Assembly: GCA_963841735.1 (NCBI GenBank)
Contig: CAWJDT010000004.1
Coordinates: forward strand, 160,001-224,000
Length of the DNA stretch: 64,000 nucleotides
From: an uncultured Actinomycetes bacterium
Lineage (GTDB): Bacteria > Actinomycetota > Thermoleophilia > RBG-16-64-13
Direction of reading: 5' to 3'
Below are positions 11,694 through 22,030 of the stretch, piece after piece; position 1 is the first letter of the stretch; every line of letters begins with the position of its first letter. Both the position numbers and the translations under genes were made by a program. Under the pieces are notes generated by a model. The model saw only the letters and a program-made list of their open reading frames with translations. It had not been told where the DNA came from and ran no database searches.

Positions 11694-12557
11694 TTGGAAG
11701 ACGCCAGAACACGGCGAGTGAGCGATATGCTGCGAGAGGGATTTGATGGTTTCTCTCGGTCGCAGAAGGCTGTCGCTCGCTATATCATCGACCACTTAGA
11801 GGAAGTCGGGTACCTCAGCGCCGAGGAACTGGGACAGAAGGGTAACACCTCCAGTTCGACGGTGGTGCGGTTTGCGCAGTCACTCGGGTTCGGTGGCTAC
11901 CCTGAGCTACAGAAGGCGGCTCGCGATGAGTACCGTCTGGGCGCGACAGCGAGGCCTGTTGTCCACGATGACCAATTGGGCTTCTCGATTGAAGAGGATC
12001 TGCTCACTCGGTCGCTCAAGACGGATGTGCTCAGTCTTGAGGAGACCATCAGCAAGAACACAGTCGACCGGTTCAACCGATCGGTGAAGCTGCTCGCCGC
12101 AGCCCGCCAAGTGCTCGCGGTGGGTCTGCATGAGGCTGCGGTGGTCGCCGAGCACACGTCGTACGTGTTGGAGCTGCTGGGCATCCCCTGTCTGGCTGTG
12201 ACCGACAGCTCCGAAGCAAACGTGGCCCGGCTGAGCCGCCTAGGCGGCGAGGATGTGCTTCTAGCCATCGGTTTCAGACGTGCTCATTCTGTGACGATTT
12301 CGTTTGCCGAGAAGGCAGCCGCACAAGGAGCTAACGTCATCGTGATAACCGACAACACCCTGTCTGAACTCGCGGACAAGGGAACCATCACGCTTTATGC
12401 AGACATCGACTCCACGTTTTTCGCGCATTCGCTTGTGGGGCCGGTGGGTCTGGTGAGCGCACTGGCGTCGGCCATCTATAGCAAGGACAGGGACCTGTAC
12501 GACGCGCGCGTGCGCGGCCTGCGAGACAAGGCCGCCGAGTCGGGGTGGCTTCGCTAG
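11694..12557 (+). CDS. MurR/RpiR family transcriptional regulator
   Basis: N-terminal HTH (SSSTVVRFAQSLGFGGYPELQ) plus SIS domain (VIVITD...S). Confidence 0.92.
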   Translation: MEDARTRRVSDMLREGFDGFSRSQKAVARYIIDHLEEVGYLSAEELGQKGNTSSSTVVRFAQSLGFGGYPELQKAARDEYRLGATARPVVHDDQLGFSIEEDLLTRSLKTDVLSLEETISKNTVDRFNRSVKLLAAARQVLAVGLHEAAVVAEHTSYVLELLGIPCLAVTDSSEANVARLSRLGGEDVLLAIGFRRAHSVTISFAEKAAAQGANVIVITDNTLSELADKGTITLYADIDSTFFAHSLVGPVGLVSALASAIYSKDRDLYDARVRGLRDKAAESGWLR

Positions 12558-12663
12558 GACTGCGTAGTCATTGCAGCGTTGAAGCGCTACCGGGGCTCGG
12601 CTAAACTCATACGACAAACGAAGTCGGTGATTGCGAGCCGAGGCTCGAGTGGAGGTCCGAATT

Positions 12664-13416
12664 ATGTCGGGGCATTCAAAGTGGGCTGGTATCAAGCACA
12701 AGAAGGCTCTGGTGGATGCCAAGAGAGGCAATCTCTTCGGCAAGCTCGCGCGAGCCATTACCGTCGCGGCTCGTGAAGGCGGCGGTGATCCGGATCACAA
12801 CGCGGCGTTGACGCAGGCGATTCTCAAGGCCAAGGACGCCAATATGCCGCACGACAATATCGATAGGGCCATCAAGAAGGGCTCTGGGGCTGGATCTGAC
12901 GCCGAGACGTTTCTCCACCTCACCTACGAGGGATACGGTCCCGCCGGAGTCGCCGTGTACATGACGATATTGACGGATAACAAGAACCGCACGGCGGCCG
13001 ATGTCCGCTACATCTTCGATCGGACCGGCGGCAAGCTCGGCACTGACGGCTCGGTGAGTTGGATGTTTGAACGCAAAGGAGTCTTCTTCGTGGATGCGGC
13101 CGGACGCGACGAAGAGGAGCTGATGCTCGCCGCCATCGAAGCCGGCGCCGAGGACGTCCTCGCCGAGGGTGACATGTTCGAGATCCGCTGTGACGTGGCC
13201 GACTTCATGACTGTGCGTACCAACCTGGACGCGGCGGGCATCAAGTTCTCGTCGGCAGAGCTGACCATGATCCCCAAGAACACTGTTGCTCTGGACGAAG
13301 CCGACGCCCGCAAGACCCTGCGTCTGCTCGATGCTCTCGAAGACAACGATGACGTACAAGAGGTCTTCGCCAACTTCGACATCTCAGATGAAGTCATGCA
13401 GCGTCTTGCCGGGTGA
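12664..13416 (+). CDS. yebC: YebC/PmpR family protein
   Basis: MSGHSKWAGIKHKK, YEGYGPAG and DDVQEVFAN. Confidence 0.95.
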   Translation: MSGHSKWAGIKHKKALVDAKRGNLFGKLARAITVAAREGGGDPDHNAALTQAILKAKDANMPHDNIDRAIKKGSGAGSDAETFLHLTYEGYGPAGVAVYMTILTDNKNRTAADVRYIFDRTGGKLGTDGSVSWMFERKGVFFVDAAGRDEEELMLAAIEAGAEDVLAEGDMFEIRCDVADFMTVRTNLDAAGIKFSSAELTMIPKNTVALDEADARKTLRLLDALEDNDDVQEVFANFDISDEVMQRLAG

Positions 13417-13432
13417 GAGCGAGCCTGCCGAC

Positions 13433-13978
13433 GTGAATGCTCCGGCCGGCCGGGTGATATTGGGAATCGACCCGGGGACGGCCTCTACCGGCTACGGAGT
13501 GATCTCTGTCGAAGGAAGTCGATTGCGTGCTGTCGACTACGGAGTGGTGGAGACTCCCGCGGGGGCGCCTTTGGAGAAGAGGCTGGAGGCGATCTTCACC
13601 CGCGTGTCGGAGATACTGCAGGCTCACCAGCCGGTGGCTACGGCCATCGAGTCGCTGTATTTCGGCGCGAATGTGCGGTCGGCCTTGGCGGTCGGCCAGG
13701 CACGTGGCGTGAGTCTTTTGGCTTGTTCCCGTGTTGGATGCCGGGTGTTCGAGTACACACCGCAACAGGTGAAGCTCGCCGTAGTGGGTTACGGCAAGGC
13801 GAGCAAGGAACAGGTGATGGAGATGGTACGCGTACTACTGCGCCTGCAGGAGACCCCGAGCCCCGACCACGCGGCCGATGCTCTCGGCATCGCGATCTGC
13901 CACGCCAATAGCGCGAGTATGGGGGAACGTGTGGCTAAGAGCGAGGCGGCGGCGTTGGTCAGGCGAGGTAAGGCATGA
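13433..13978 (+). CDS. ruvC: Holliday junction resolvase RuvC
   Basis: ILGIDPG, VGQARGV, EYTP..VK and DHAADALGIAICH. Confidence 0.95.
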   Translation: MNAPAGRVILGIDPGTASTGYGVISVEGSRLRAVDYGVVETPAGAPLEKRLEAIFTRVSEILQAHQPVATAIESLYFGANVRSALAVGQARGVSLLACSRVGCRVFEYTPQQVKLAVVGYGKASKEQVMEMVRVLLRLQETPSPDHAADALGIAICHANSASMGERVAKSEAAALVRRGKA

Positions 13979-14562
13979 TCGAACGACTGGAGGGCGTCGT
14001 CGTCATGAAAGGCGCTGACGGAGTGGTGATGAGCGTCGGCGGTGTTGGCTTCCTATTGGATGTCTCGGCTGTGACACTTCGAGACGTGCCTGGGATCGGC
14101 GAAAAGGGCATGCTCTTCACTCACTTGCACGTGCGTGAAGAGTCGCTACAGTTGTTCGGCTTCTCCAGCGAAGAGGAGCGGGAGCTGTTCAGGCTGTTTC
14201 TGGGGGTGAGCAAGATCGGTCCGAAGCTGGCCTTGGCCGCGCTCTCGTGCCGGCGCGCTCCTGAGCTCAGGAAGGCTCTTGCCGGCGGGGATGCTGCTCT
14301 ATTTGCCTCCGTGCCTGGTATCGGCAAGAAGACTGCCGAGCGGATCATCCTGGAACTTCGCGAGAAGATGGGTGATGTCGGCGTTTCCGGAGGGCCGGCA
14401 GGTGGCGGGACCGTGACAGACGACGACACCAAGCTCCTTGCGCGGACGGGTTTGATGGAGCTGGGCTACACGTTGCTGGAGGCGGACAAGTTGCTGGCCG
14501 GCATCGACCCGGAAGAATCCGTGGAACAGATGGTCCGGCAGGCGCTGGCCAAGCACTCATGA
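13975..14562 (+). CDS. ruvA: Holliday junction branch migration protein RuvA
   Basis: [20 protein letters not shown] and [16 protein letters not shown]. Confidence 0.95.
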   Translation: MIERLEGVVVMKGADGVVMSVGGVGFLLDVSAVTLRDVPGIGEKGMLFTHLHVREESLQLFGFSSEEERELFRLFLGVSKIGPKLALAALSCRRAPELRKALAGGDAALFASVPGIGKKTAERIILELREKMGDVGVSGGPAGGGTVTDDDTKLLARTGLMELGYTLLEADKLLAGIDPEESVEQMVRQALAKHS

Positions 14563-14566
14563 CAGA

Positions 14567-15635
14567 GTGAAGGACTTCGAGGAAGACGGCGTGGAAGAGC
14601 AAGACGAGAGACTGGCCGATCCGGAGGTTGCTCCACTGGAGCAGGAATTGGAACGGACCTTGCGTCCGCGGTCGCTGACAGCTTTCGTAGGGCAGCCTGC
14701 CCTTCGGGAGCAGCTTCAGATCTTCATAGAGGCTGCCACATCGCGGGGCGAGCCCCTCGACCACGTGCTCTTGGCCGGGCCGCCCGGATTGGGCAAGACG
14801 ACCCTGGCCAACATCATCGCGGTCGAAATGAGGGTGAACATCGTCACCACCTCTGGGCCGGCGCTGGAGCGCAAGGCCGACATGGCTGCCATCCTCACTC
14901 ATCTACAGGAGGGCGACGTTCTCTTTATCGACGAGATCCATCGTCTCAACCGCGCCATCGAAGAGATCCTCTACCCGGCCATGGAGGACTTCGAGATCGA
15001 TATCGTGATCGGGCAAGGCCCCAGTGCCCGGACCATCCGACTGGAGTTGCCTCGGTTCACTCTCATCGGAGCTACCACGCGGAGCGGGTTGATCACCACA
15101 CCCCTGCGCGACCGCTTTGGCTTCTCCCATAGGCTCGACTACTATTCGATGGAAGACTTGGGCCAGATCGTCCGGCGGTCGGCCGACATACTCTGCGGTG
15201 TCCATCGACGGCGAAGGGGCCACTGAACTCGCCATGCGCTCGCGGGGCACGCCCCGCATCGCCAATCGGCTGCTTCGGCGGGTGCGCGATTACGCTCAGG
15301 TACGGCACCAGGGGAGCATCACCAAGACCATCGCCCTCGAAGCATTGCGCCTGTTCGAAGTGGACGACGAGGGGCTCGACCGGGTGGACCGGGAGATTCT
15401 CAATCTTATCCTTCAGAAGTTCGATGGCGGACCGGTGGGCCTTTCGACGCTGGCCGTGGCCATCGGCGAAGAGCCGGATACAATCGAGGATGTATACGAG
15501 CCTTTCCTACTGCAACGGGGCTTCCTAATGCGCACCCCGCGGGGGCGGGTGCTTACGCGCTTGGGCTACGAGCATTGCGGAGTGACGCCCCCAGGCGGCA
15601 CCACGCCGGCACCGCCGGACACGCTGTTCAGGTGA
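14567..15635 (+). CDS. ruvB: Holliday junction helicase RuvB (one frameshift near 15195)
   Basis: [39 protein letters not shown] and RTPRGR. Confidence 0.95.
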
Positions 15636-15661
15636 GCGGCCGGGCTGGGCTGGGTAGATAA

Positions 15662-16213
15662 GTGCGTCTCTTGCTCCATATTTGTTGCGGTCCATGCGCT
15701 TCAGGCGCGATTCCCTTTTGGCAGGGGAAAGCCTCTGAGGTCATGGGATTCTTCCACAATCCCAACGTGCACCCTCTGCTCGAGTATCGACGGCGACTCA
15801 CTGGTGCTGGGGAGGTCGGTGAGGCCCTGGGCCTGCAGTTGACGGTCGACGAGTCGTACGACCCACAGGCCTGGTTCTTATCCGTGGCGACCGGGGAGCC
15901 GGGAAGGTGCGCGCGCTGCATCGGAGAGCGTCTGAGAAGGACCGCGCGCGAAGCAGCGACTCTGGGGTGTGACACTTTTTCAACCAGTCTGTCGATCAGC
16001 CCTTGGCAGGATCACGAAGCCATCAAACGCGAGGGGACGCTAGCCAGCGAAGCGTACGGGGTGAAGTTCTTGTACGAAGATCTGCGGCCCCTATATGGGC
16101 AATCGCGCCGGTTTAGCAGGCAGCTGGGCATCTACCGCCAGAAGTACTGCGGGTGTCTGGTGTCGGAATGGGAGCGCTACCGCGTCGGAAGCGAAGAAGT
16201 CGGGTCGTCCTGA
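15662..16213 (+). CDS. queH: epoxyqueuosine reductase QueH (DUF208)
   Basis: LLHICCGPC, NPNVHP..EY, RCARC and YRQKYCGC. Confidence 0.9.
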   Translation: MRLLLHICCGPCASGAIPFWQGKASEVMGFFHNPNVHPLLEYRRRLTGAGEVGEALGLQLTVDESYDPQAWFLSVATGEPGRCARCIGERLRRTAREAATLGCDTFSTSLSISPWQDHEAIKREGTLASEAYGVKFLYEDLRPLYGQSRRFSRQLGIYRQKYCGCLVSEWERYRVGSEEVGSS

Positions 16214-16214
16214 G

Positions 16215-17355
16215 GTGCTGTTAAGAGAGCTCGACTTCGATTGCCCTGCGGAGCTCATCGCCCAGCATCCGCTTGAGCCGAGAGACTCATGCCGGCTGAT
16301 GTTGCTGCCTGCCGTCGGAGCAGCGAGGCACTTGGTGTTTTCCGACCTAGAGACCATCCTGCGGCCAGGGGACACGCTGGTGTTCAACGACTCTAGGGTC
16401 TTGCCTGCGCGGGTGCAGGCTCGAAAGGTATCGGGTGGGGCGGTGGAACTGCTCTTCCTGCACCGTAGTGATCAACGTGACGAAGACGGAGCGGAGTGTT
16501 GGGAAGTCCTAGCCAGGCCGTCGCACCGGCTGCGGCCGGGCGGTGAGCTGACGCTGGCAGATGGTGAGCGCCTCACGCTGGTGCGTTTGCTGGGAGAGGG
16601 ACGTTGGGTGGTAACCGGTACCTCGGGGCGTCCGATGGTCGCCGTGATGGAAGCGAACGGTCGTCTGCCCATTCCGCCGTACATCAAGACCTACCCGCTG
16701 GTACCGTCGAGCTATCAGACGGTCTATGCCGCAGTGCCGGGATCAGCCGCCGCGCCGACCGCTGGCCTACACTTCACGCCGGAGTTGATGACACGGCTGG
16801 CGGACATGGGGGTGAACTCGGCTTACGTAACTCTCCACGTGGGCTTGGACACCTTCTTGCCCATACGTGAAGAAGTAGTGGAGGAACCATCGTCATCCAC
16901 ACCGAGACATGGAGCGTCGGCTCCGAGGCCATGCGTACAATCCGGGAGGCGGTCACGCCGGCACGCGCCTGGTGGCGGTTGGTACGACCGCTGCCCGGGT
17001 GCTCGAGACTCTCGGCGGCGCAGGCGGCGACGCGCGCCTGTCCTTGACGAGAGGGGACAGGCGGGACCACCAGTATCTTCATCACGCCGGGATACCGCTT
17101 TCACCTGGTGGACGCGCTGCTGACCAACTTCCACCTGCCCAAGAGCACCGTGCTCGCGCTTTGACCATGGCGTTTGCGGGTATGGAGCGGATCCGTCGGG
17201 CCTACGCAGAGGCAATCGCTTTGGACTACCGCTTCTTCAGCTTCGGGGATGCGATGTTGATCGAGTCGCTCGCGGCCGCCGGGAGCGGGCGGAGGCGGGG
17301 AGAACATCGGGGGCGCAGATGCGCAGCCTTGACGGTCTGCCTGACTTCCCGCTGA
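16215..17355 (+). CDS. queA: SAM:tRNA ribosyltransferase-isomerase, frameshifted
   Basis: [23 protein letters not shown]...[10 protein letters not shown] and [10 protein letters not shown]. Confidence 0.92.
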
Positions 17356-18454
17356 CCATCGAGGCGACTGACGGGGACGCCCGCGCGGGTCTACTCGCGA
17401 CGCCCAGGGGAGTGGTCCGCACACCTTGCTTCATGCCTGTGGGCACCAAAGGCACGGTGAAGGCAATGACCCCGGAGGGCCTGCGCAACGTGGGTGCGCA
17501 GATCATCCTGGCGAACACATACCATCTGGCTCTGCGTCCAGGCAGCGACGTCGTGAGGCGACTCGGGGGGTTGCACCGCTTCATGCACTGGGATGGACCC
17601 ATCCTGACCGACAGTGGCGGCTATCAGGTGTTCAGCCTGCGTGACACGGCGCGGGTGGAGGAGCAGGGCGTGAGCTTCCGCTCTATCTACGACGGGTCGG
17701 CGCAGGTCTTTACTCCCGAGCGGGCCATGGCGGAGCAGGCGGCGCTGGGAGCCGACTTCGTGATGTGCTTCGATCAATGTCCTCCCGGGACGGCCTCTGA
17801 TAAAGAGGTCGCCGAGGCCGTGGAGCGTACGGCTAATTGGGCCCGTCGCTGCAAAGGGGTCCACCAAGAGCGTGGGAGGCCTGGGCACGATGGACCCCAG
17901 ATGCTGCTAGGCATCGTCCAGGGAGGGGTAGCGCGGAGTTGCGCCGAGAGAGCGTGGAGCGGACCGTGGAGTTGAAGTTTCCAGGCTATGCCATCGGAGG
18001 TCTTACCGTGGGCGAAGACAGAGAGGCGATGCTCGACACTACAGCTTTGACCGCTTCGCTTCTGCCTCTCGATAGACTGCGCTACTTCATGGGTATAGGC
18101 GATCCGGTGGGGTTGATCGAGGTGATCGCCCGGGGGGTGGACATATTCGACTGCGTGCTCCCCACCCGCACGGCTAGGATGGGCACTGCGTTCACAAAAG
18201 CCGGCCGACTCAATATGCGCAACGCGAAGCATGCCCTCTCGCAGGCGCCCCTCCAAGAAGGCTGCCCTTGTACCGCTTGCACGGGGTTCTCCCGTGGCGC
18301 GATAAGGCATTTTGTCATGCAGAAGGAGATCCTCGGTCTTCTGCTCCTGACCGAACACAATCTGTGTTTCCTGGCGAGGTTGGTAGAGGATGCCCGTCGC
18401 GCGATAGTGGAGGGAACCTTCACCGCATTTCGCCGTGAGGCCGGCAGCGCGTGA
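17319..18454 (+). CDS. tgt: tRNA-guanine transglycosylase (frameshift near 17930)
   Basis: FMPVGT, ANTYHL, LTDSGGYQVFSL, GIVQGG, FDCVLPTR and CPCTAC. Confidence 0.94.
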
Positions 18455-18516
18455 TAACATAACGCGTTGCGTAAGGAGTCATTTCCCGCAAGCGGGCGGT
18501 TTTCAACAAGGAGGAT

Positions 18517-18915
18517 ATGTTGGGCAGCTACTGGCTGATCATCTACGTGGTGGCATTTATAGGTATTTTCTACTTCATGGCCATCAAGCCACAGCAGAAA
18601 CAGCGCAGGGCTCATCAGGAGCTTCTGTCGTCGCTCAAGAAGGGCGATCGTATAAGCACTGCTGCTGGGATCTACGGCACTGTCAAGCGCATCGAGGATA
18701 ACGTCGTGGTGGTCGAGATCGCCAAGGGCGTGACCATGAAGATAGCGCGGCGCGCCGTCAGTGAGATCCTCAACAAAGACAGCGACGAGGGTCGTGCGGC
18801 TGCTCCCGAGGGGGCTTCCCGCAGGGGTAAGTCGGCGCAGACGGAGATCGAAGAGGTTGTTGACGAGACCCAGACCGACGACGGCGATGATACCGAGGGC
18901 GAAGACCAGGCGTAG
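18517..18915 (+). CDS. yajC: preprotein translocase subunit YajC with acidic tail
   Basis: N-terminal TM, FYFMAIKPQQK, LKKGDRIST.AGIYG; tgt-yajC-secDF order. Confidence 0.93.
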   Translation: MLGSYWLIIYVVAFIGIFYFMAIKPQQKQRRAHQELLSSLKKGDRISTAAGIYGTVKRIEDNVVVVEIAKGVTMKIARRAVSEILNKDSDEGRAAAPEGASRRGKSAQTEIEEVVDETQTDDGDDTEGEDQA

Positions 18916-19023
18916 TATGTATTCGACCTGTACGGGGTGAAGAACACCGAACTGGTCTTAGGCCCGTGTCGCCATCAGCGCCGGGTCGCGCAATAACGAA
19001 CTGCTGCTCAGGAGGGTGGGTAC

Positions 19024-20454
19024 TTGTCGGCAACAAAGCGTGACGCCCTGGTCCTTGCGCTGGTCGCAATCATGCTTGGGGTGTGTGCATATTTCGCTTT
19101 TCCACTCTCCAAGACCAATCTGGGTCTGGATCTGCAGGGGGGGCTGGCGGTTATCCTCCAGGCAAAGGAATCGGCGGAGGCCACGGACATCTACGGCAGC
19201 ATGGACGCGGCCATCGATAAGGCCAAGACCATCATCAAGGACCGGGTCGACAAGCTCGGTGTAGCCGAGGCCGAGATCCAGCGCCAGGGCGCGACTAAGA
19301 TCAGCGTACAGTTGCCCGGCATCGAGAACACGCAGCAGGCCCTTGATCTCATCGGTAAGACGGCCGTTCTTGAGTTCTTCGACATTGCTGAGTTCGGTCA
19401 AGCGTTTGGCTCCAATGAGGAAGCGCTGGCGAGCGTTGGTGCGGCTACGGCCGACGATCTGCCGAAGGGCTACTCAGTTGTGTTCTGGCCTCAGAAGGAC
19501 GGTGGGGTAGACCAGTACTACGTTGTCACAACTCCGCCACCAGTTACCGGTGCGATGCTCAAGAACGCGCGTTGGGAGTACGGTCAGCTCGATAAGCCCC
19601 AGGTCAGTATGACTTTCAATGCAACTGGAACCGAGGCTTTCGCGGCAATCACCAAGCGTATGGCGGAGACCGGTGCCATCGTGAACGCTCCTCAGCGTCT
19701 GGCCATCGTCCTGGATGGCAGGGTGGAGTCGGCTCCGCAGGTGCATGAGGAGATTTCGGGCGGTCAGGCCGAGATAACCGGCAACTTCACAGTAGAGCAA
19801 GCGAAGAACCTGGAGCTCGTTTTGCAGACGGGTGCGCTACCGGTAGAGCTCGTAGTGGTTAGTCAGAACGCTATCGGGGCGACACTCGGGAAGACCGCTC
19901 TAAATCAAGCTCTGATAGCGGGTGCGGTGGGCTTGTTGCTCATCATGGTCTTCATGGTGGCCTACTATCGGCTGCTTGGGTTGGTCGCGTGTGTGGCTCT
20001 GGTCATCTATAGCGTACTGTTCTTGGGTGTCCTTAATGCGATCGGGGTCACCATGACTCTGCCGGGCATCGCCGGGATGATCCTCACCTTGGGCATGGCG
20101 GTGGACGCGAATGTGCTCATCTTCGCCCGGATGCGCGACGAGGTTGCCGCCGGCAAGACAGTGGCCGCCGCCACGAGCGCGGGCTTCAAGAAGGCCTTCC
20201 GGGCGGTGTTTGACTGCAACATGACCACCATCATTACCGCCCTCATCCTGTTCTGGTCGGCGACGGGCGGCATCAAGGGGTTCGCCCTCACCCTGGGCGT
20301 CGGAGTAGTCCTGTCGTTTCTCACCGCGGTCCTGGTTACGCGTTCGATGCTGAACCTGCTGAGTAGGTGGCGGCCGTTCCGCAACCGCAGACTTCTGGGG
20401 CTACACGTACCTAGGGAGAAGATGCTCTCGATGGATGAAGGAGGTCGTCCATGA
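19024..20454 (+). CDS. secD: protein translocase subunit SecD
   Basis: LGLDLQGG, LAIVLDG, GALPV and TLPGIAG..LTLGMAVDANVLIF. Confidence 0.95.
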   Translation: MSATKRDALVLALVAIMLGVCAYFAFPLSKTNLGLDLQGGLAVILQAKESAEATDIYGSMDAAIDKAKTIIKDRVDKLGVAEAEIQRQGATKISVQLPGIENTQQALDLIGKTAVLEFFDIAEFGQAFGSNEEALASVGAATADDLPKGYSVVFWPQKDGGVDQYYVVTTPPPVTGAMLKNARWEYGQLDKPQVSMTFNATGTEAFAAITKRMAETGAIVNAPQRLAIVLDGRVESAPQVHEEISGGQAEITGNFTVEQAKNLELVLQTGALPVELVVVSQNAIGATLGKTALNQALIAGAVGLLLIMVFMVAYYRLLGLVACVALVIYSVLFLGVLNAIGVTMTLPGIAGMILTLGMAVDANVLIFARMRDEVAAGKTVAAATSAGFKKAFRAVFDCNMTTIITALILFWSATGGIKGFALTLGVGVVLSFLTAVLVTRSMLNLLSRWRPFRNRRLLGLHVPREKMLSMDEGGRP

Positions 20455-21560
20455 GGGTATTTCACCTGATGCGCTACAAATGGTGGTTCCTTGGCTCTCT
20501 AAGCGCGGTCACGGTCTTTGCCATCGTTCTAGTGTTCATAGTGGGTCTGGACCTGGGCATTGACTTCCGCGGAGGAGTGCGGATGCAGTTCGCCTTGGAA
20601 CAACCGGCCGACGTAGATGGCATCCGGGCGCTGGTCACAAAAGCTGGTGTGCAGGAACCTGTGGTGCAGTCGGTGGGCACGGCTACCACGGGCAGCGCCT
20701 TTATGATCACTGCTGAGCAGGAAGATATGGCGCAGGCCCAGATAGACCAGATCAAAGCCGACCTAGATGCGGCCTACGGACTCGATGAGGCATCCCTGGG
20801 GGTCGAGCAAGTGGGGGGCAGCTTCGGAAAGGAGACAACCAACCGGGCGTTCATAGCCGTGGCCATTGCCGTGCTTGCGATTATCGGCTACCTGTCTTTC
20901 CGCTTTCACTTCAAGTTCGCTATCCCCGCGATCATCGCCTTGGTGCACGACGTAGGGCTGACTTTGGGCATATACGCGGCCAGCGACCGCTTGGTGACTT
21001 CAGCGACGGTTGCCGCCATTCTGACCATCCTGGGCTACTCGGTACACGATACGATCATTGTGTTTGACCGCATGCGCGAGAACACTCTTCTTATGAAGAA
21101 GGAGACCTACGGTGACATGGTCGACCTATCGATTAGGCAGACCATGATCCGTTCCATCAATACCACTGTCGCGATCTTGCTGCCGCTTCTAGCCATTCTG
21201 ATCTTCGGGGGGCCAACCCTGAAGGACTTTGCGCTGGCCCTGACCATCGGAGTAGTATCCGGGACGTATTCGTCGTTCTTTGTGGCGGCGCCACTGGTGA
21301 CCATCTGGAAGGAACGCGAACCTCGGTATCGCAAACGGATAGCGGTGGGCGGCACTGGTGGCATGGGGAACGTCGAGGTCTCTCTCGCGACGGGCGATGT
21401 GAATATGCTCTCTGACAGCGGCAAGACCAGTAGGCCGGGCCAGGCCCCCAAGTCTGCGGGAGCCAAAACGAGTCAGCATCGTTCCGGTCAGAAGGCCACA
21501 GGGGGCAAGAGTTCGGGGAAGAGGCCGACAGGGCAGGGGAGCAAGAAGACTTCGCGTTAG
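20451..21560 (+). CDS. secF: protein translocase subunit SecF
   Basis: LGIDFRGG, LTILGYSVHDTIIVFDRMRE and GTYSS. Confidence 0.95.
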   Translation: MRVFHLMRYKWWFLGSLSAVTVFAIVLVFIVGLDLGIDFRGGVRMQFALEQPADVDGIRALVTKAGVQEPVVQSVGTATTGSAFMITAEQEDMAQAQIDQIKADLDAAYGLDEASLGVEQVGGSFGKETTNRAFIAVAIAVLAIIGYLSFRFHFKFAIPAIIALVHDVGLTLGIYAASDRLVTSATVAAILTILGYSVHDTIIVFDRMRENTLLMKKETYGDMVDLSIRQTMIRSINTTVAILLPLLAILIFGGPTLKDFALALTIGVVSGTYSSFFVAAPLVTIWKEREPRYRKRIAVGGTGGMGNVEVSLATGDVNMLSDSGKTSRPGQAPKSAGAKTSQHRSGQKATGGKSSGKRPTGQGSKKTSR

Positions 21561-21577
21561 AAGAAGAGGAGGCTACC

Positions 21578-21991
21578 GTGACGGATGAGCCGGGTACCAG
21601 AGCCGAAACCTCCGGCAAGAGCACCGCTTCGCAGAGCATCCGGGAGCTGATTGAGCGCACTTTTCTAGCGGGAATGGGGGCGGCTGCGCTCACTAAGGAC
21701 CGCATTCAAGAAGTCGTCGAGGAGTTCGTTCGCCGAGGGCAACTGGATAGAGAAGAGGGCTTGGACGTCGTAGAGCAGCTCGTGGAGCGGAGCCGCGAAG
21801 AGGCTCGGGCTGTGCTCAAAAAGGCGGACTCGTCCTTGCAGGGAGCGTATAGGGATCTTGGGCTGACTCCAAAAGGCGAGCTGGACGATCTGAGGCTGTT
21901 GGTCGATCAACTCAGTCACAGGGTGTCGCTTTTGGAGGCGGCTGCGGACGTTTCTCGCGGGGACGAATCGGGGGGCACCGCAGCGCGCTAG
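21578..21991 (+). CDS. phasin-family/PHA-regulator-like coiled-coil protein
   Basis: FLAGMGAAALTKDR...EFVRRGQL..EEG pattern; commonly paired with an AarF kinase. Confidence 0.7.
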   Translation: MTDEPGTRAETSGKSTASQSIRELIERTFLAGMGAAALTKDRIQEVVEEFVRRGQLDREEGLDVVEQLVERSREEARAVLKKADSSLQGAYRDLGLTPKGELDDLRLLVDQLSHRVSLLEAAADVSRGDESGGTAAR

Positions 21992-22030
21992 ACGGTTCCC
22001 GCCGGACAGGCGGTAGACTAGGGGGTTGTT

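Noticed and set aside
449-18000. Mass pseudogenisation or programmed frameshifting
   Set aside because: It affects many conserved genes in one region, with intact motifs and no consistent slippery sites; sequencing error is simpler.
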